Positions 12,386 through 25,390 are shown, numbered from the stretch's first letter. The stretch: 64,000 nt of DNA from Eledone cirrhosa (GCA_964016885.1 OZ024755.1:29512001-29576000); one strand, 5' to 3'. Notes: a model not told the origin generated them from the sequence alone. Numbers and translations: made by a program.

Positions 12386-13125
12386 GTGAGCACGAAGGTG
12401 GCTGTGGAGGCTGTGGTGATTCGTACGAGGGTGATTCGTGCTCCTCTGAAAAGGGCTGCTCAGTCGCCCGCTGGAACGCCTGATATCCCCTGTCATCCTT
12501 TCAGGGTCAGGAGGAGAACGACTTGCGCATCCAGACCGCCCACGTGTGGGTTTGAAACTGGCAACTCCCGAGGGTTACCTCCACCTCTCGCCCATCACCG
12601 CAGGGCTTTGGGAGTGCACGCTAAAGTAGAAACCTGTGCGGGAAAGCTTTATAGTGGGAAGGCCAGTGCACAGTGACGGTCCCACACACTCGGCCGCAGA
12701 AGCCAGAATCCGGTGGTACGGAGGACCGTCACGACCAGGGACTTCCTTGGCTGCAGTGGATGGCCACGACGTCTGTGGTGCCTTGCCTTGCCCTAGCGCT
12801 CCACACCGCTTGTGTCGCCGCCTTCGTGACCGTTGGGATGATATTGTCCTCCTCCACCCAGTCCGCCGGGTCCAGTCTTCGCATGCAGGGACAGGCATCC
12901 TCTATCTAACAAACCGGGGGGTTTCAGACCAGTCCAACTACCCTCAACCTGGTTCGGCCCGCCAGCCAAGGCGGTTTACCAGGGTGTGGCAGCTGTCGCA
13001 TGCTACAGCTTCTTGGGGCCAAAGGTGAGAGCTGAGCGTCAGGTGGGGCCTAATGCAGGACGAGCTATCCTGAAAAGAGCAGGTCTAACCCCCCTACAGA
13101 GGTACATACCCCTCCCTGACACGCC
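12386..13125 (-). mobile_element. GC-rich island, probably the 5' UTR region of an RTE-type LINE
   Basis: Sharp GC shift, no credible ORF, general resemblance to RTE/BovB-like 5' leaders; assignment is inference. Confidence 0.4.
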
Positions 13126-13164
13126 AGGCATATACACACGTATATACATACGCATATATATGTA

Positions 13165-13355
13165 CGTGTGTGTATATACATATTTACACATTTTTGGATG
13201 GCCGTTGACTCTTATCAGTTCTTCCGCCCTTTGTCAGGTTTTTTTTTTTGTCCTACAGGGTGTCCAAAATCACCCTCCTCACCAAGTAAACTTAGTGGGG
13301 TTGCCGGTATAGACGCCGACGACCCAACCATGCAACAGACTGTACTGGTTTACAT
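13165..13355 (+). repeat. Dispersed ~190-bp repeat; inverted second copy at 59690-59880
   Basis: GCCGTTGACTCTTAT.AGTTCTTCCGCCCTTTGTCAGG...GTACTGGTTTACAT is shared by both loci. Confidence 0.8.
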
Positions 13356-13454
13356 GTTACCAGTAGCACTCAAGAGTGACCTGACATTATAACCTAATAT
13401 ATACCTTCCATATACTGTACCGACTGTGTTGCTATTTCTATTTACCTTTTACAT

Positions 13455-13521
<67 letters not shown>

Positions 13522-13551
13522 TGTAAAGATATATATATGAGGATATATATA

Positions 13552-13856
13552 TATAAAATAACAGGAGGCTGGACTGGTGTAATTCCTCAAAGGTTTATTA
13601 TACTATGAACATTTCAATGACCGGGTTCAGTATGAATCCGGTCATTGAAATGTTGATAGTATAATAAATATTTAAGGAATTACACCAGTCCAACCTCCTG
13701 TTATTTTATAATAATTAACTCCGTACTCGCACCACCAACAGAACAAACGAAGACGGGTGAGTTGCAACACGTCGAATACTTTCCCTAATATTACATCAAA
13801 GTTGACTATACGGAATGACCAGTTCTATCCAGTGGTGAACCAACAAACCTAAATGA

Positions 13857-13858
<2 letters not shown>
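13552..13858 (+). mobile_element. Short fold-back element: 159-bp hairpin plus ~150-bp tail, in (TA)n
   Basis: 13552-13629 pairs with 13633-13710 with few mismatches and a GTA loop; (TA)n on both sides. Confidence 0.75.
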
Positions 13859-13926
<68 letters not shown>

Positions 13927-13930
<4 letters not shown>

Positions 13931-14105
13931 ATAATAATAAATTTGAAGACTAAAATCCAAAGAGGGCTCGATAAGGATAAATATATATCAAATATATAAG
14001 AACCGTAGAGCAAATATTTATTAAAATAACAGATTAAAGTTTAAGCAAACAATCGGTGCTTTCACCCTTAGCGGGATCTTCTGAAACTAACAAATTCAAT
14101 CTGTT

Positions 14106-14108
<3 letters not shown>
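13927..14108 (-). repeat. Terminal fragment of the 54561-55420 fold-back family
   Basis: Closely similar to 54561-54738; inserted between (TA)n tracts. Confidence 0.85.
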
Positions 14109-14163
<55 letters not shown>

Positions 14164-14435
14164 ATAAAGATTCCATCAGTCCTTATGGTGTTGTAGAGGC
14201 ATGGTCAAACGACGTGTCTAGGGTACTATTAAACCTGGCAGAGTCCAACTCTCACCAGGTCTGAACACAGCCGAGTTCTTCTATAGAGGGCTAATCGACC
14301 CCAGTATTGGACTGGTACATTTTTATCTACTTCCACCTAATATAATTGTTGAGTTGTGGGTGTGAGTGGTGATTATTGTCTGTGTAAAGTCATCTATTAT
14401 GATAATGTGCCTGTAATTATTATGAATATATCTGA

Positions 14436-14663
14436 GTCAGCTCGAAAGTAACACAGAGGAGATTGAGGTTAGCTGGACATGCTCACCGACATTCAGAGTT
14501 GACACTGCAATCAGTGGTCTTGTGGGAGCCCCTACACACGAGAAGAGGGAGACAGAAAATGACATAGATTGATGCCCTAAGGACAGACACTGGTTTCTGT
14601 GAGACGGAGGACATGGCGGCGATGATAAAGGACGGACACCGCTGGAGAGATCTCGTCCAATGA
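14436..14663 (+). pseudogene. RTE-clade ORF C-terminal fragment
   Basis: VTQRRLRLAGHAHRHSE...VVLWEP...RGRQKMT*IDALRTDTG...MIKDGHRWRDLV. Confidence 0.8.
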
Positions 14664-15381
14664 TATTAGGGATTTTACCCGCTGTAGATAGATATCTGAA
14701 CAAGTGCAATAGGCCTTCCTAGACAGAGTGGGAAAAGTACTGCCATCGCTTTATTACTATGTTTTCTTTCGTTAACAATAGTGTTTGTTATTTTATGTCA
14801 CATGCCCCATAAATCGTCAGGCTTATAAGCTTTGTGTCATTGTGGAAAATGAAGTAATTATTGTCATTACCGTTATTATTTCTATTTTCTTATTGGGTTC
14901 TATGTAATTAGACCTGAAGATTATTTGTGTAAATTCAATTCAGATTTCTTAATAGAGGTTTCAATTCCCGAAGGTAACTAGAATTTTTCATCTGCCTATT
15001 AGCAGCGATGTACTGCAACTTACGTTCTTCGTTAAACGATATGTCAGTTTTGATCAGCATTTGATTTAATGATCTTTGCTGATGGCACGCATTTATATAT
15101 ACATGTGCAGGAAACTGAGGAGGCTATTGAGTGTTCCGCCTATCTAAATGGTGAAAGGAGAAAATGTTCTTACAAATGATTTCAGTTATCTTTATTCCTC
15201 TGCAAGCACGAGATACAATAACTCATGCCTAATAGAGAAATTACCAAAGAAACGAGATAGGTATCATTCAATTACATATATATGTACATATATCTACACA
15301 CACAGGCACATATTTTGTGTATACGTATGTATACATCCATACATCCACAGACAGACGCACACACACATATATATATATATA

Positions 15382-15422
<41 letters not shown>

Positions 15423-15459
15423 TATATAAACATATAAATAACTAAATATCTATATAAAC

Positions 15460-15559
<100 letters not shown>

Positions 15560-16456
15560 GGGGGGGGGGGATAGATAGAGAGTGTGTGTGTGTAATAAAT
15601 ATATATACAATGCTGGCAATTTTTATTTCATTTTCAGCTTATCCTATTTATTTGCTTTATATATCTTCTAGATACAGCGACCTTTCTTCCTAATGAAATA
15701 ATTTCATATATTCTTACATTTATCATCAATACGGTTATAGGTTTACATTATTAGAATGTTTTTTTTTGGGGGGGGGGGGGGGTAGGCGAACGCAGGTGTC
15801 AACTCCACAATATTCTAGAACATCTGTGTTCAATACACTACTATATTCCTATATAAACTTGTTGGATGACTAATGAATTTACACATAATTATATGACAAA
15901 AGTCGAGATAAATGACGTGACTGCGTTAATATGTTTTCCAGTATGGCTATTTGCTTTGATTTTATATCTATCACACCAACAAAAAGAAAATAATATACGA
16001 CAATAATAAGACATCTATTGTAAGGAACATATTTCAAGTGTATATAAAAAAAATTATGTTCAGCTGTCACTTTATATCTTGACACTACGTGGCAATAATT
16101 ATTCGGCTTCATTTTGAAATTATTGTGGCATTGCTTAGAAACACACACATACGTACATATACACATGAATATACCCAAAACCACACCACACTTCATTTAT
16201 CCATGTCTCTCTCTTTCTCTCTCTCTCTCTCTAACCATATATATATATATATAAAGGTGTAGAAAACATTGTAGCGAAAAGCCAACAGTATTCCATAATA
16301 TATAAGTGACTATAGCGTCAAAATGGGAAAAATAGTTAACGTAAGATGTGGGAAAAATAATTCAAACTCATCTAAAAGAGAATCAGGATATAGATTCATC
16401 CACATGATTTAGTGAAATCCAGGGAAAAAATCAATAGAGCCTTAACTCATGATAAA

Positions 16457-16491
<35 letters not shown>

Positions 16492-16653
16492 GTGTGTTTG
16501 TGTGTGTGAATTTCGTAGTTCTAAAGAAATTTAGTAAGTCCTAGCTATGCAAAGACATTTGCTGCTAACGCCACCCAGCGGTGTCCATCAGAAGGAACCC
16601 CATGGATTGTAAGGGCAAAGAGAAAGCATATATATATATATATATATTTATAT

Positions 16654-16862
16654 ATACGATATTAACAAATGGAAACTATATTTATAAAACCATATTTATT
16701 TTATTATACATATTTCAAGTATAATAAAATAAATATGGTTTTATAAATATAGTTTCCATTTGTTAATATCGTATGTTTACTCCAAATACTTGTTGAGTGC
16801 TTTATATCAGTTATAAAAATATTTGCTTGTTGTATCCCAACAATTTAAATAGAACTTTTGCA
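16654..16862 (+). mobile_element. Short fold-back element, family A (hairpin + tail), in (TA)n
   Basis: 16654-16709 is the reverse complement of 16719-16774; shares sequence with 23900-24010 and 26552-26810; isolated 3' tip at 39245-39283. Confidence 0.8.
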
Positions 16863-17140
16863 TATATTTATATATATATATATATTTATATATATATAGT
16901 TATATATCACCAATGTTGTCTCTGATGTAGACGAAGAGTATATATGAATACATATAAAAAAGAAAAGAATTCATCGCTAGAACAGCCATTAAAGTAGCTA
17001 CATGTAGTCAAGTACAGAGGTTTATCAAGAACACCTCTTAGGATGGTGATCAACAGCATATCTGGCCACAGAACACAATTACACAAGGGAATAAGTATTA
17101 GAAGTTTTAGAAATTGTCTATCCACAAAAAAAAACTGACT

Positions 17141-17414
17141 GGTAGTGTCTAATCAACATATGTTGATTAGACACTACCTTGTTCACAAGTGTTCTTTTTA
17201 AGCTTCATATCATGTCTCCCTATTTTATCTGATGAGAACGCAAACATAGTTCCAGGATGATATTTGTTTTTGAAATGCGCATAATAAAATACATGGAACT
17301 TTTTTAGCCATCTTTTAATTTCTTCTTATATATACTCCAATCCAATAAACTGTTGAGTGGTACTTATCCGATATTTGCATTCCTTTATTGTGCTACAATA
17401 AACTCACCTCCTAC

Positions 17415-17417
<3 letters not shown>
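17141..17417 (+). mobile_element. Short hammerhead-bearing element, family B
   Basis: Perfect 38-bp palindrome 17141-17178 at the 5' end, then a ribozyme, then a tail ending CTCACCTCCTACAT at (TA)n; second copy at 19640-19825. Confidence 0.8.
17221..17291 (+). ncRNA. Type I hammerhead ribozyme
   Basis: Helix I TATTTTAT/ATAAAATA, core CTGATGA, imperfect helix II, GAAA, palindromic helix III ATGCGCAT, UA cleavage site. Confidence 0.75.
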
Positions 17418-17455
<38 letters not shown>

Positions 17456-18409
17456 TTGTATTGATATAAATCTATATGACCGCACTTGTGTAATGTCAAA
17501 ACATAAGTTTCGTTCGCTATTTTGACCCCCCAGAATTCATATATCTTCAGATCATAGAGAGTGTTCATGTGCTAACAAGAAACCATGTATATCGACATAT
17601 TTTCTTGCGAATAATACAGACACACATGTAAACATAAACACATACATCCATATGGGTATATATATATATATGTGTGCGTGTTTATTTGCGTGTATACATA
17701 TAAATATATTTACATATGTGTGTGTATAAGATTGTATATATTATCCATGCAACTGTCATTTAAAGCTTATGATCTCGGCAACAAATATTTCTGAGATACT
17801 CAAACGTCTATTCCTAATTGGATATATTCATATATCGATATTGTTTATTAATATTATCTCGTTTCTTTTTAGATGTTTTAATTCTTATATTCCAGGCAAA
17901 AAATATGATTTCCCACCCCATTGCCACAACTCTTTTCGGTGTACTAACGCATACGTCATAAACTGATTGAGTTATATCAAATTTACCAATAATTATATGT
18001 CAGAAGTCATGATCAACGACTTGACTGCGTTTAGGAAGTTTTCCAGTATGCCTATTTGCTTTGATTTAATATCTGCCAAACCAACAAAAAGAAGATAATA
18101 TATGGCACTAATAAGACATCTATTGTAAGGAAAATATTTCAAGTATATGTAAAGAAAACGTCTAATGTTCAGCTGTCACTATATAATTTGATACCATACG
18201 GCAATAATTACTTCAAGTTGTTCTTTAACAATATTTTTACAATGATTATCAGATTCTTAAAAGAAACACATGCTGTCATTCATGCTTTTCTCTCTCTCTT
18301 TCTCCTACACACATCTCCATCTCTCTTTCTCCTACACACATACAAAAGCGTACACCCACACATTGTATACATATATATATATATATCGAGATAACTTGGT
18401 TTACATATA

Positions 18410-18440
<31 letters not shown>

Positions 18441-18638
18441 ATATATATCGAGATAAATTTGTTTATATGTATAAATAAATATATATACACATATATGTAT
18501 GTAGATAAATCTACCAAAATAAACGGTAGTGTCCAATCCGCATGAAGAACTCAATGTAATCCAAATATAGAAGATATCATGAAAAGAGAAAGTGCATTCA
18601 AAATTTAACGATAAAAATCATAGTAAAACAGAGTCAAG

Positions 18639-18900
18639 ATAAATTAATAAAAACAATGAAATAAAAACAAAGAACAGGTTCCTTATACTGAAAAAAAATC
18701 ATCATTTTACGATCGTTTCTATATATAGGTGAAGGTATGTATATCTCCTCTGATAATTTGTAATATTTACATAGAGCTTTAACATGATATACATACCAAC
18801 ACACACATATATATATCCGAGAAACGACCGTAAAATGATTGTTATTTCAATATATGGAACCTGTTCTTTGTTTTTATTTCATTGTTTTTATTAATTTATA
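18639..18900. repeat. Inverted repeat, ~90-bp arms with ~75-bp spacer
   Basis: ATAAATTAATAAAAACAATGAAATAAAAACAAAGAACAGGTTCC... and its reverse complement ending at ~18899. Confidence 0.8.
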
Positions 18901-18901
18901 T

Positions 18902-18937
<36 letters not shown>

Positions 18938-19039
18938 CGACAGTCGATCGACTTTCGTCAAATTGGACCGAGGAAACTATGATTCCATTGCTCTTCCCAG
19001 TTGCTAATACTATCTAACGGTCGCAACTCCAGGTAGAAA

Positions 19040-19160
19040 GAGCAACGTGAAATAAAGTGTCTTGCTCAAGGACATAACGCATCGCCTGATCCAGGATTCG
19101 AACTTACAATCTCATGATTGCGAATCCAATTCTCTAACAACTCAGCCACGCGCATTCACT
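19040..19160 (-). mobile_element. SINE family 2, 5' part
   Basis: Minus strand GTGAATGCGCGTGGCTGAGTTG..GTTCGAATCC..TCCTTGAGCAAGACACTTTATTTCACGTTGCTC. Confidence 0.75.
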
Positions 19161-19397
19161 AATATATATATATGTGTGTGTGTGTGTATGTGTGTGTGTA
19201 CGTAGGTGTGTGTGTGTGTGTGTGCGTGTATGTGTGTGTAGAGAGAGATAGAGAGACTGATATCTATATTATATAATGTAAATAAGTAAGTAGGAATGTT
19301 GAAATAAAGATTCTATTAAAGCCAAAGAGACGTTAGTTGCACTAATTTGGAGCATCATAAATGGTAGTTTTAATTCTAAGTGATGCCGCGTATATAT

Positions 19398-19604
19398 AGG
19401 AGAAAAGATTCAGGACCCCTACGGCTGAGCTCCGGCCGTTTCGACAGCTAAATCCGAACTAAAGCACCAGTATCGGATGTAGCTGTCGAAACGGCCAGAG
19501 CTCAGCCGTCGGGGGTCCTGAATCATTTCACATTACCTACTATATTACCCCAAGTATCGACTACTCTAGAGTGGTATGGTCTGCCTCGGTTTTACAAAAC
19601 TCTA

Positions 19605-19610
<6 letters not shown>
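19398..19610 (+). mobile_element. Short fold-back element, family C
   Basis: 19403-19458 pairs with 19473-19528, followed by a tail to (TA)n; related pieces at 21628-21718 and 21731-21858. Confidence 0.7.
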
Positions 19611-19639
<29 letters not shown>

Positions 19640-19667
19640 ATCAAAAGATCGTTAAATGAGTTCCATG

Positions 19668-19738
19668 TATTTTATTATGCGCATTTCAAAAACAAATATC
19701 ATCATGCAATAACATTTGTGTTTACATCAGATAAAATA
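19668..19738 (-). ncRNA. Hammerhead ribozyme, family B copy with core mutation (CTGATGT)
   Basis: Same helix I and ATGCGCAT helix III as at 17221; A9 changed to T. Confidence 0.6.
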
Positions 19739-19822
19739 GGAGGACATGATATGAAGGTTAGAAACACTTCTTATCCGATATCTGCATTGCTTTATTGTAC
19801 TACAATAAAACTCACCTCCTAC

Positions 19823-19865
<43 letters not shown>

Positions 19866-19871
<6 letters not shown>

Positions 19872-20207
19872 ATATTTGGGGATGGTCACATTGTTGTAAT
19901 AACTGTGTCTACTTTCGGCACAAGGCGACCAATTATACCAGTGTATTACTGGTACTTTGTTTTATCGATCCCGTAAGGATGAAAGGCAAGGTTAACCTCG
20001 ACGGGATTTGAACTCAGAATGGCAAGGGATTTAACTCTATGCGTCAAAGCCTGGCGTCCGACTCTCTACCGATACTGTCAATAATAATATTGCCAAAAAT
20101 AATAACAGATCACATTCACTGTTTGGTTGGTTTTCGCTTCTGTATCTTTTATATCTCCATAGTTAATTTATTTGGCAATCATTGTTTATCACTGATTGAA
20201 CAGCGGT

Positions 20208-20210
<3 letters not shown>
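19866..20210 (-). mobile_element. PLE terminal fragment interrupted by a SINE family 1 copy (about 19904-20082)
   Basis: Flanks match the reverse complement of 40600-40760 (GAAGCGAAAACCAACCAAACAGTGA...CCCCAAATATAACAAT). Confidence 0.75.
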
Positions 20211-20241
<31 letters not shown>

Positions 20242-20282
20242 GAAAATAAAACAAAGAAGCCTTCAATACATCAAAAGTCTTT

Positions 20283-20328
20283 ATTAGCCAACAATGTTTC
20301 GTCCTATTAAGGACTCATCAGGGCAATT
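20283..20328 (-). ncRNA. Minimal type I hammerhead ribozyme in a ~225-bp insert (20238-20461) between (TA)n tracts
   Basis: Minus strand ATTGCC CTGATGA GTCCT-TAAT-AGGAC GAAA CATTG TT GGC(T)AAT. Confidence 0.75.
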
Positions 20329-20458
20329 AAAACTACAAGAAGCACTATCGGCCAATACAATTCTTCGGCTCTGTTTAATTACTTTGAGCTATACCTTTTA
20401 CTGTCATTTCTATAATACGAAGAGGGTGTTTAACTCCAACACGCTCCAGTATTTTAAT

Positions 20459-20525
<67 letters not shown>

Positions 20526-21852
20526 ATCAAAGTGCTTTCGTCGAACATCTGCAACATCATCAGTATATGTATGTGTGTTTATATATATATTTATGCGTGT
20601 ATATTTTCGGGAGAAAGAGAGAGGATAAGTTGGATGAGAAAAGAGGAGAGAGAAAGCTAACAGGTGAAAATAAGTTCAATTAATAGATGTAAAGGCAGGC
20701 AGCAAATCGAAGAATCTTTAAATAAATACATTAAAATATATATTAGAAGTTATATAAATATAAATGAAAGATTTTGCAATGAAACGGAATACAATCAAAC
20801 CCTATGAACATTCTAGTAAAACGTTGAAATATTGGCAATATCATGTAGACTTTTGCCGATGATGAGATCAAAACCACTAGGATGGACACGAGAGTTTATT
20901 AAAATCTTACAGTCTTATGAAAACTACTTTAAAACAATATTGAGCAAGTGGGGAGATCTTGACAACAAATTTAAGTGTTTCTGGTGAATCAAAGAACTTC
21001 AAAGAATTTCTATTTCGGTGCAATGTGTTCAACTTGAAGGAAAGATACGGAGTCATAAAATAAAACATTTTTAACTTGTTCAGATTTTCTCATTCCTCCA
21101 TTTCAGAAAACGAAAAAGAGAAACGTAGAGAAATTTAATAACGCAAGTTGGAGAAAAAGTGAAGAAGCGACCATCTATATATCTCTGTCTAGGTTGCGTA
21201 TCTCAGCTGTGATTCTTGCATTGCCGTGGCGAACAGACAACGATACCCAGAGTATCAGTCATTCTATCTCATGGGGCTCCTTCCTCAGGCAGTTGAAAGC
21301 AACAGTTCAGCGACCAAGGACATTCTCGTTCTAGAGAGCGACTGGCAGGAAAAGGTGGTAGTCATTTAATTATCAGTATTTCCGCGTGTTCCTCTCCTCT
21401 GAATTTGCTGTATAGAATTCACTTTCAACGCTTGACCGGCTCCACCAACTCACTCATTGTTCTAGAGGCAAGTTCAGCCACCACTACCCCTCCCCCCCCC
21501 CCCCCCACCACTACCCCCCGCCCCCACCGCCATGAAAGATTTAATTGTGTTTACAAGAAATTTCGACCAATCCTTTTGACAACAACAATCTTCCCATATA
21601 AGGAATTACCCCTTGAAAAGTTCGGCTATTTATTACCACGCTAAAAATTCTAATTTACCCTAGAAATAGTCGTCGAAACGGCTTGAGCTCTGCCGTCGGT
21701 GTCTTTAACATTTTCCTATATATATATATAGGGAAAGAGTCAGGACGGACCCCGACGGCTGAGCTCCTGCCGTTTCGACAGCTAGATCTGAACTAACCCA
21801 CTCTACTACCCTAAGTAGCTAGTACCACCTGGTTCCATACCAGACTTCCTAC

Positions 21853-21893
<41 letters not shown>

Positions 21894-22412
21894 ATAACTC
21901 AGTAGTAATTATTCTATCTAATCAAACTTACTTCCTGTGTGTTGAACCATATGTATTTTCTTCTTTTCTTCGCGTGTATTAGAATATTAAGCTTACAATA
22001 TCCACCTACCGTTGAAACGGCGACTAGTAGAATATTTAATGGAAAATTAATATAGCTTTTCAGTTTAAGAATTTATTATATCCTTATGGGAGGTCAACAA
22101 CCCTTCTTACGCTGGTCACAGTGCCTATTTTATACCAAGAGTATGTAGAACATATCTGAAATAAGCATTCTCACTTGCCTTCCTTTTGCAACGTAATAAA
22201 TTATATGATAAATACTATGCAGAAGTCTGCGAATATTACAAGATTTACAAGAGATTTAATGTTGCAGTTAAAACTGGAGTTTTTTAATTCGAAGCCAGAA
22301 AGTTAAAAGAATGTAGAGAAAAACTTGTTTTACATAGATACATACTCCAAAATACGCAGCCGCACAGATACACACACACCATAATGTATCCTTTTCTATC
22401 TCTCTCACTCTT

Positions 22413-22423
<11 letters not shown>

Positions 22424-22479
<56 letters not shown>

Positions 22480-23126
22480 TTATATATATACATTAATTAA
22501 TATACATACATATATATATATATATATAAACATATATATGTGTGTATATGTATATACATATATAAACATATATATGTGTGTATATATATATTACACATAT
22601 ATATGTGTATATATACATATATACATATATAAACATTTATGTGTGTATATATATATGCACATATATATATATATGTGTATATATACATATATATATATAT
22701 GTGTATATACATATATATATGTGTATATACATATATAAACATATATGTGTGTGTATATATATATACACATATATATATGTGTGTATATATATATACACAT
22801 ATATATATGTGTATATATACATATATATATATATATATGTGTGTGTATATATATATACACATATATATATGTGTATATATACATATATATGTGTGTATAT
22901 ATATATATACATATATAAACATATATATGTGTGTATATATATACACACACATATATAAACATGTGTGTATATATATATATACACACATATATGTGTATAT
23001 ATACATATATATATATATATATACATATATATGTGTATATATACATATATATATACATATACATATATATGTGTATATATACATATATATATACATATAT
23101 ATATATATATACATATATGTATATAC

Positions 23127-23189
<63 letters not shown>

Positions 23190-23196
23190 TACATAT

Positions 23197-23256
<60 letters not shown>

Positions 23257-23265
23257 ATATACACA
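22424..23265. repeat. Complex (TA)n/TACA/TGTA microsatellite array
   Basis: Direct reading. Confidence 0.95.
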
Positions 23266-23941
23266 TATCTATATGTCTGTGCGTGTGCTTACGTGTGCTT
23301 TGTATGCATGTGTGGGGGCATATAATGTATTACTTTATTTCATAACATATGCTATAAAGTAAATTCTGAGATATAGAAATTTTTTCTTTCTTTTGTACAT
23401 AGCATATGTGCCTTAAGCAGATCTCCTTTTACCTTTCAGAATTGCACATGTTATAATTCTTTGAAATAACCTTAGGGGAATTGTGTGATTACATGTTACT
23501 AAGATAATTTCACAAAATTTCAGAAGATTATTCTATCCTATATTGAAATTTAATGTTGAAACTCTGTTGTCGTCTTTTGCTCTAAGTATTACTATAGTAC
23601 GGTGATTAATTCTATCTTTCTGTGAGCACAACACTTGAAAGCGGATAAACCTAAAAATTCAGTTGAAATTACTTATAATTATAAGGAATACTCCTCGACA
23701 AAATTCGTAAATGAGTAATGACTTACTCATCATCTTATATGTAATATTTTTAAGTTTGATCATTATTGTATTTTATATCTACTGTCATTATGTCTTTTGT
23801 AGCTTAATGATGAAACAATTGAAATGAGATCAAAATATGATTTTAAGGAAGTTCACTGAAAACGATATAAAGCCCGTTGATATATATATATATATATATA
23901 CAATATTAAATAAATGGAAACTATATTTATAAAACCATATC

Positions 23942-24007
23942 TATTTCATTATATATATTTCAGGGATATCATATTAACAATATGCTATGCCTTCCTCAGA
24001 CAAAATA
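23942..24007 (-). ncRNA. Type I hammerhead ribozyme, family A
   Basis: Minus strand TATTTTGT CTGAGGA AGGCATAGCATATT-GTT-AATATGATATCCCT GAAA TATATA TA ATGAAATA. Confidence 0.7.
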
Positions 24008-25271
24008 CAATATAAACAGTTTTATAGATAAATAGATTCGACATACCGTAACAACATCTACTTGCATTTGAGAAGGTTGATTAGAAAGTGAGGATTTTTT
24101 TACAAAATGAAAAATAACCGAGGTGTCCTACATATTTTTTTAAAAAATAAGACTCCAGTTGCATTTTCGATTTCATCTTTTTTTCTTCATATATATATAT
24201 ATATATATATATATACTAATTTCAAAAACATCAAAGATTCAATGTATTATCAAACCACCAATCAAAATGATGTAAAGTTGACCACCATAAATGAATGGGA
24301 ATTGATATGTACTTTTTCAAAACAGTAGGGAATCATTCTGTCATTACCATAACAGAGGACTGGTGAGCCTTTAATTCCAGAGTCGGGCCAGATCGATAAA
24401 GACTGAGCCTTGAGCTGATCAATCGCGAAACACGCGTTACACGTCAATAAATGTAATGAATATCTAGCACCTCGTCCTTTTTACTATATATATCGGACTG
24501 CGTGCGTGCGTGCATGCATGTGTGTGTGTGTGTGTGTGTGTGTTGTTCTAGAACTCGCTGACAGAAATTATATTAGTGTTTTCCGATTTTAAAACGTAGT
24601 ATGTAGGATATTGTTCAGCCGAAGTGGCTTTGATGTATCTTTAAATATAATACTTGTTTGGGATGAATTGCATGAGTTGTACGTGAACACAATGTCACAA
24701 CAACCGTCAAAATTGGCAGTCAAACCCAATTTTCGTCTAGGAAAGCAAAGCTATCATTCATCAGTTGATGCAATATACTGATGAGGTTGAAACAGAAAAA
24801 ATATATGGATTTGTCAGCCAGCGATTACGAGTATCGATAAAGTAAAGATAATCATATGAAGAATTGACTTTGAAAAGTTTATATGCAAGTCTCTAAAAGC
24901 GAACGTGACTGAAAAAGTAAAATGGGAATGATTATTACAAGGGAGCCCCATGTTGTGATTGATGATGATCGAAATACTGGAAGCTAATCAGATGTTGGCA
25001 AACTGTAAGCAAGCTGAAACGTGATAAGGATTCACAACGCATTGTTGTAAAATCAAGAATACTTGTTCAATGCGACAAAACTTTGCATATGGTGTATCGA
25101 AATATTGCTCACCTGTCTTATAAACATGGCAGAATCAGAAGGGAAAAGACAATATAAAGATAGAACTCTGCATCTATTTCCTTCTGAAATATTTCCAGAC
25201 TGCCTGTATACCAATTTCAGATCAATAATTTGGATTGATTAATTGGCTAAGAGAGTGAAATTGCTATGTGT

Positions 25272-25390
25272 CTTAGAGGGTCGGTGGTGTCCTTACGAGC
25301 AATCATAATATCGAGAGCTCGAGTTCCGAACCGGGAGGTGCACTGTGTTATTATGCAAAATACATTAGTTCACTTTGCTCTAGTCCATAT
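25272..25390 (+). mobile_element. SINE family 2, decayed
   Basis: B-box-like GAGTTCCGAACC and decayed central domain (TTCACTTTGCTCTAGTCCA). Confidence 0.5.

Noticed and set aside
12386-13312. Cluster of GC-rich 80-130-aa ORFs
   Set aside because: No domain motifs; overlapping frames on both strands are expected by chance in a GC-rich repeat
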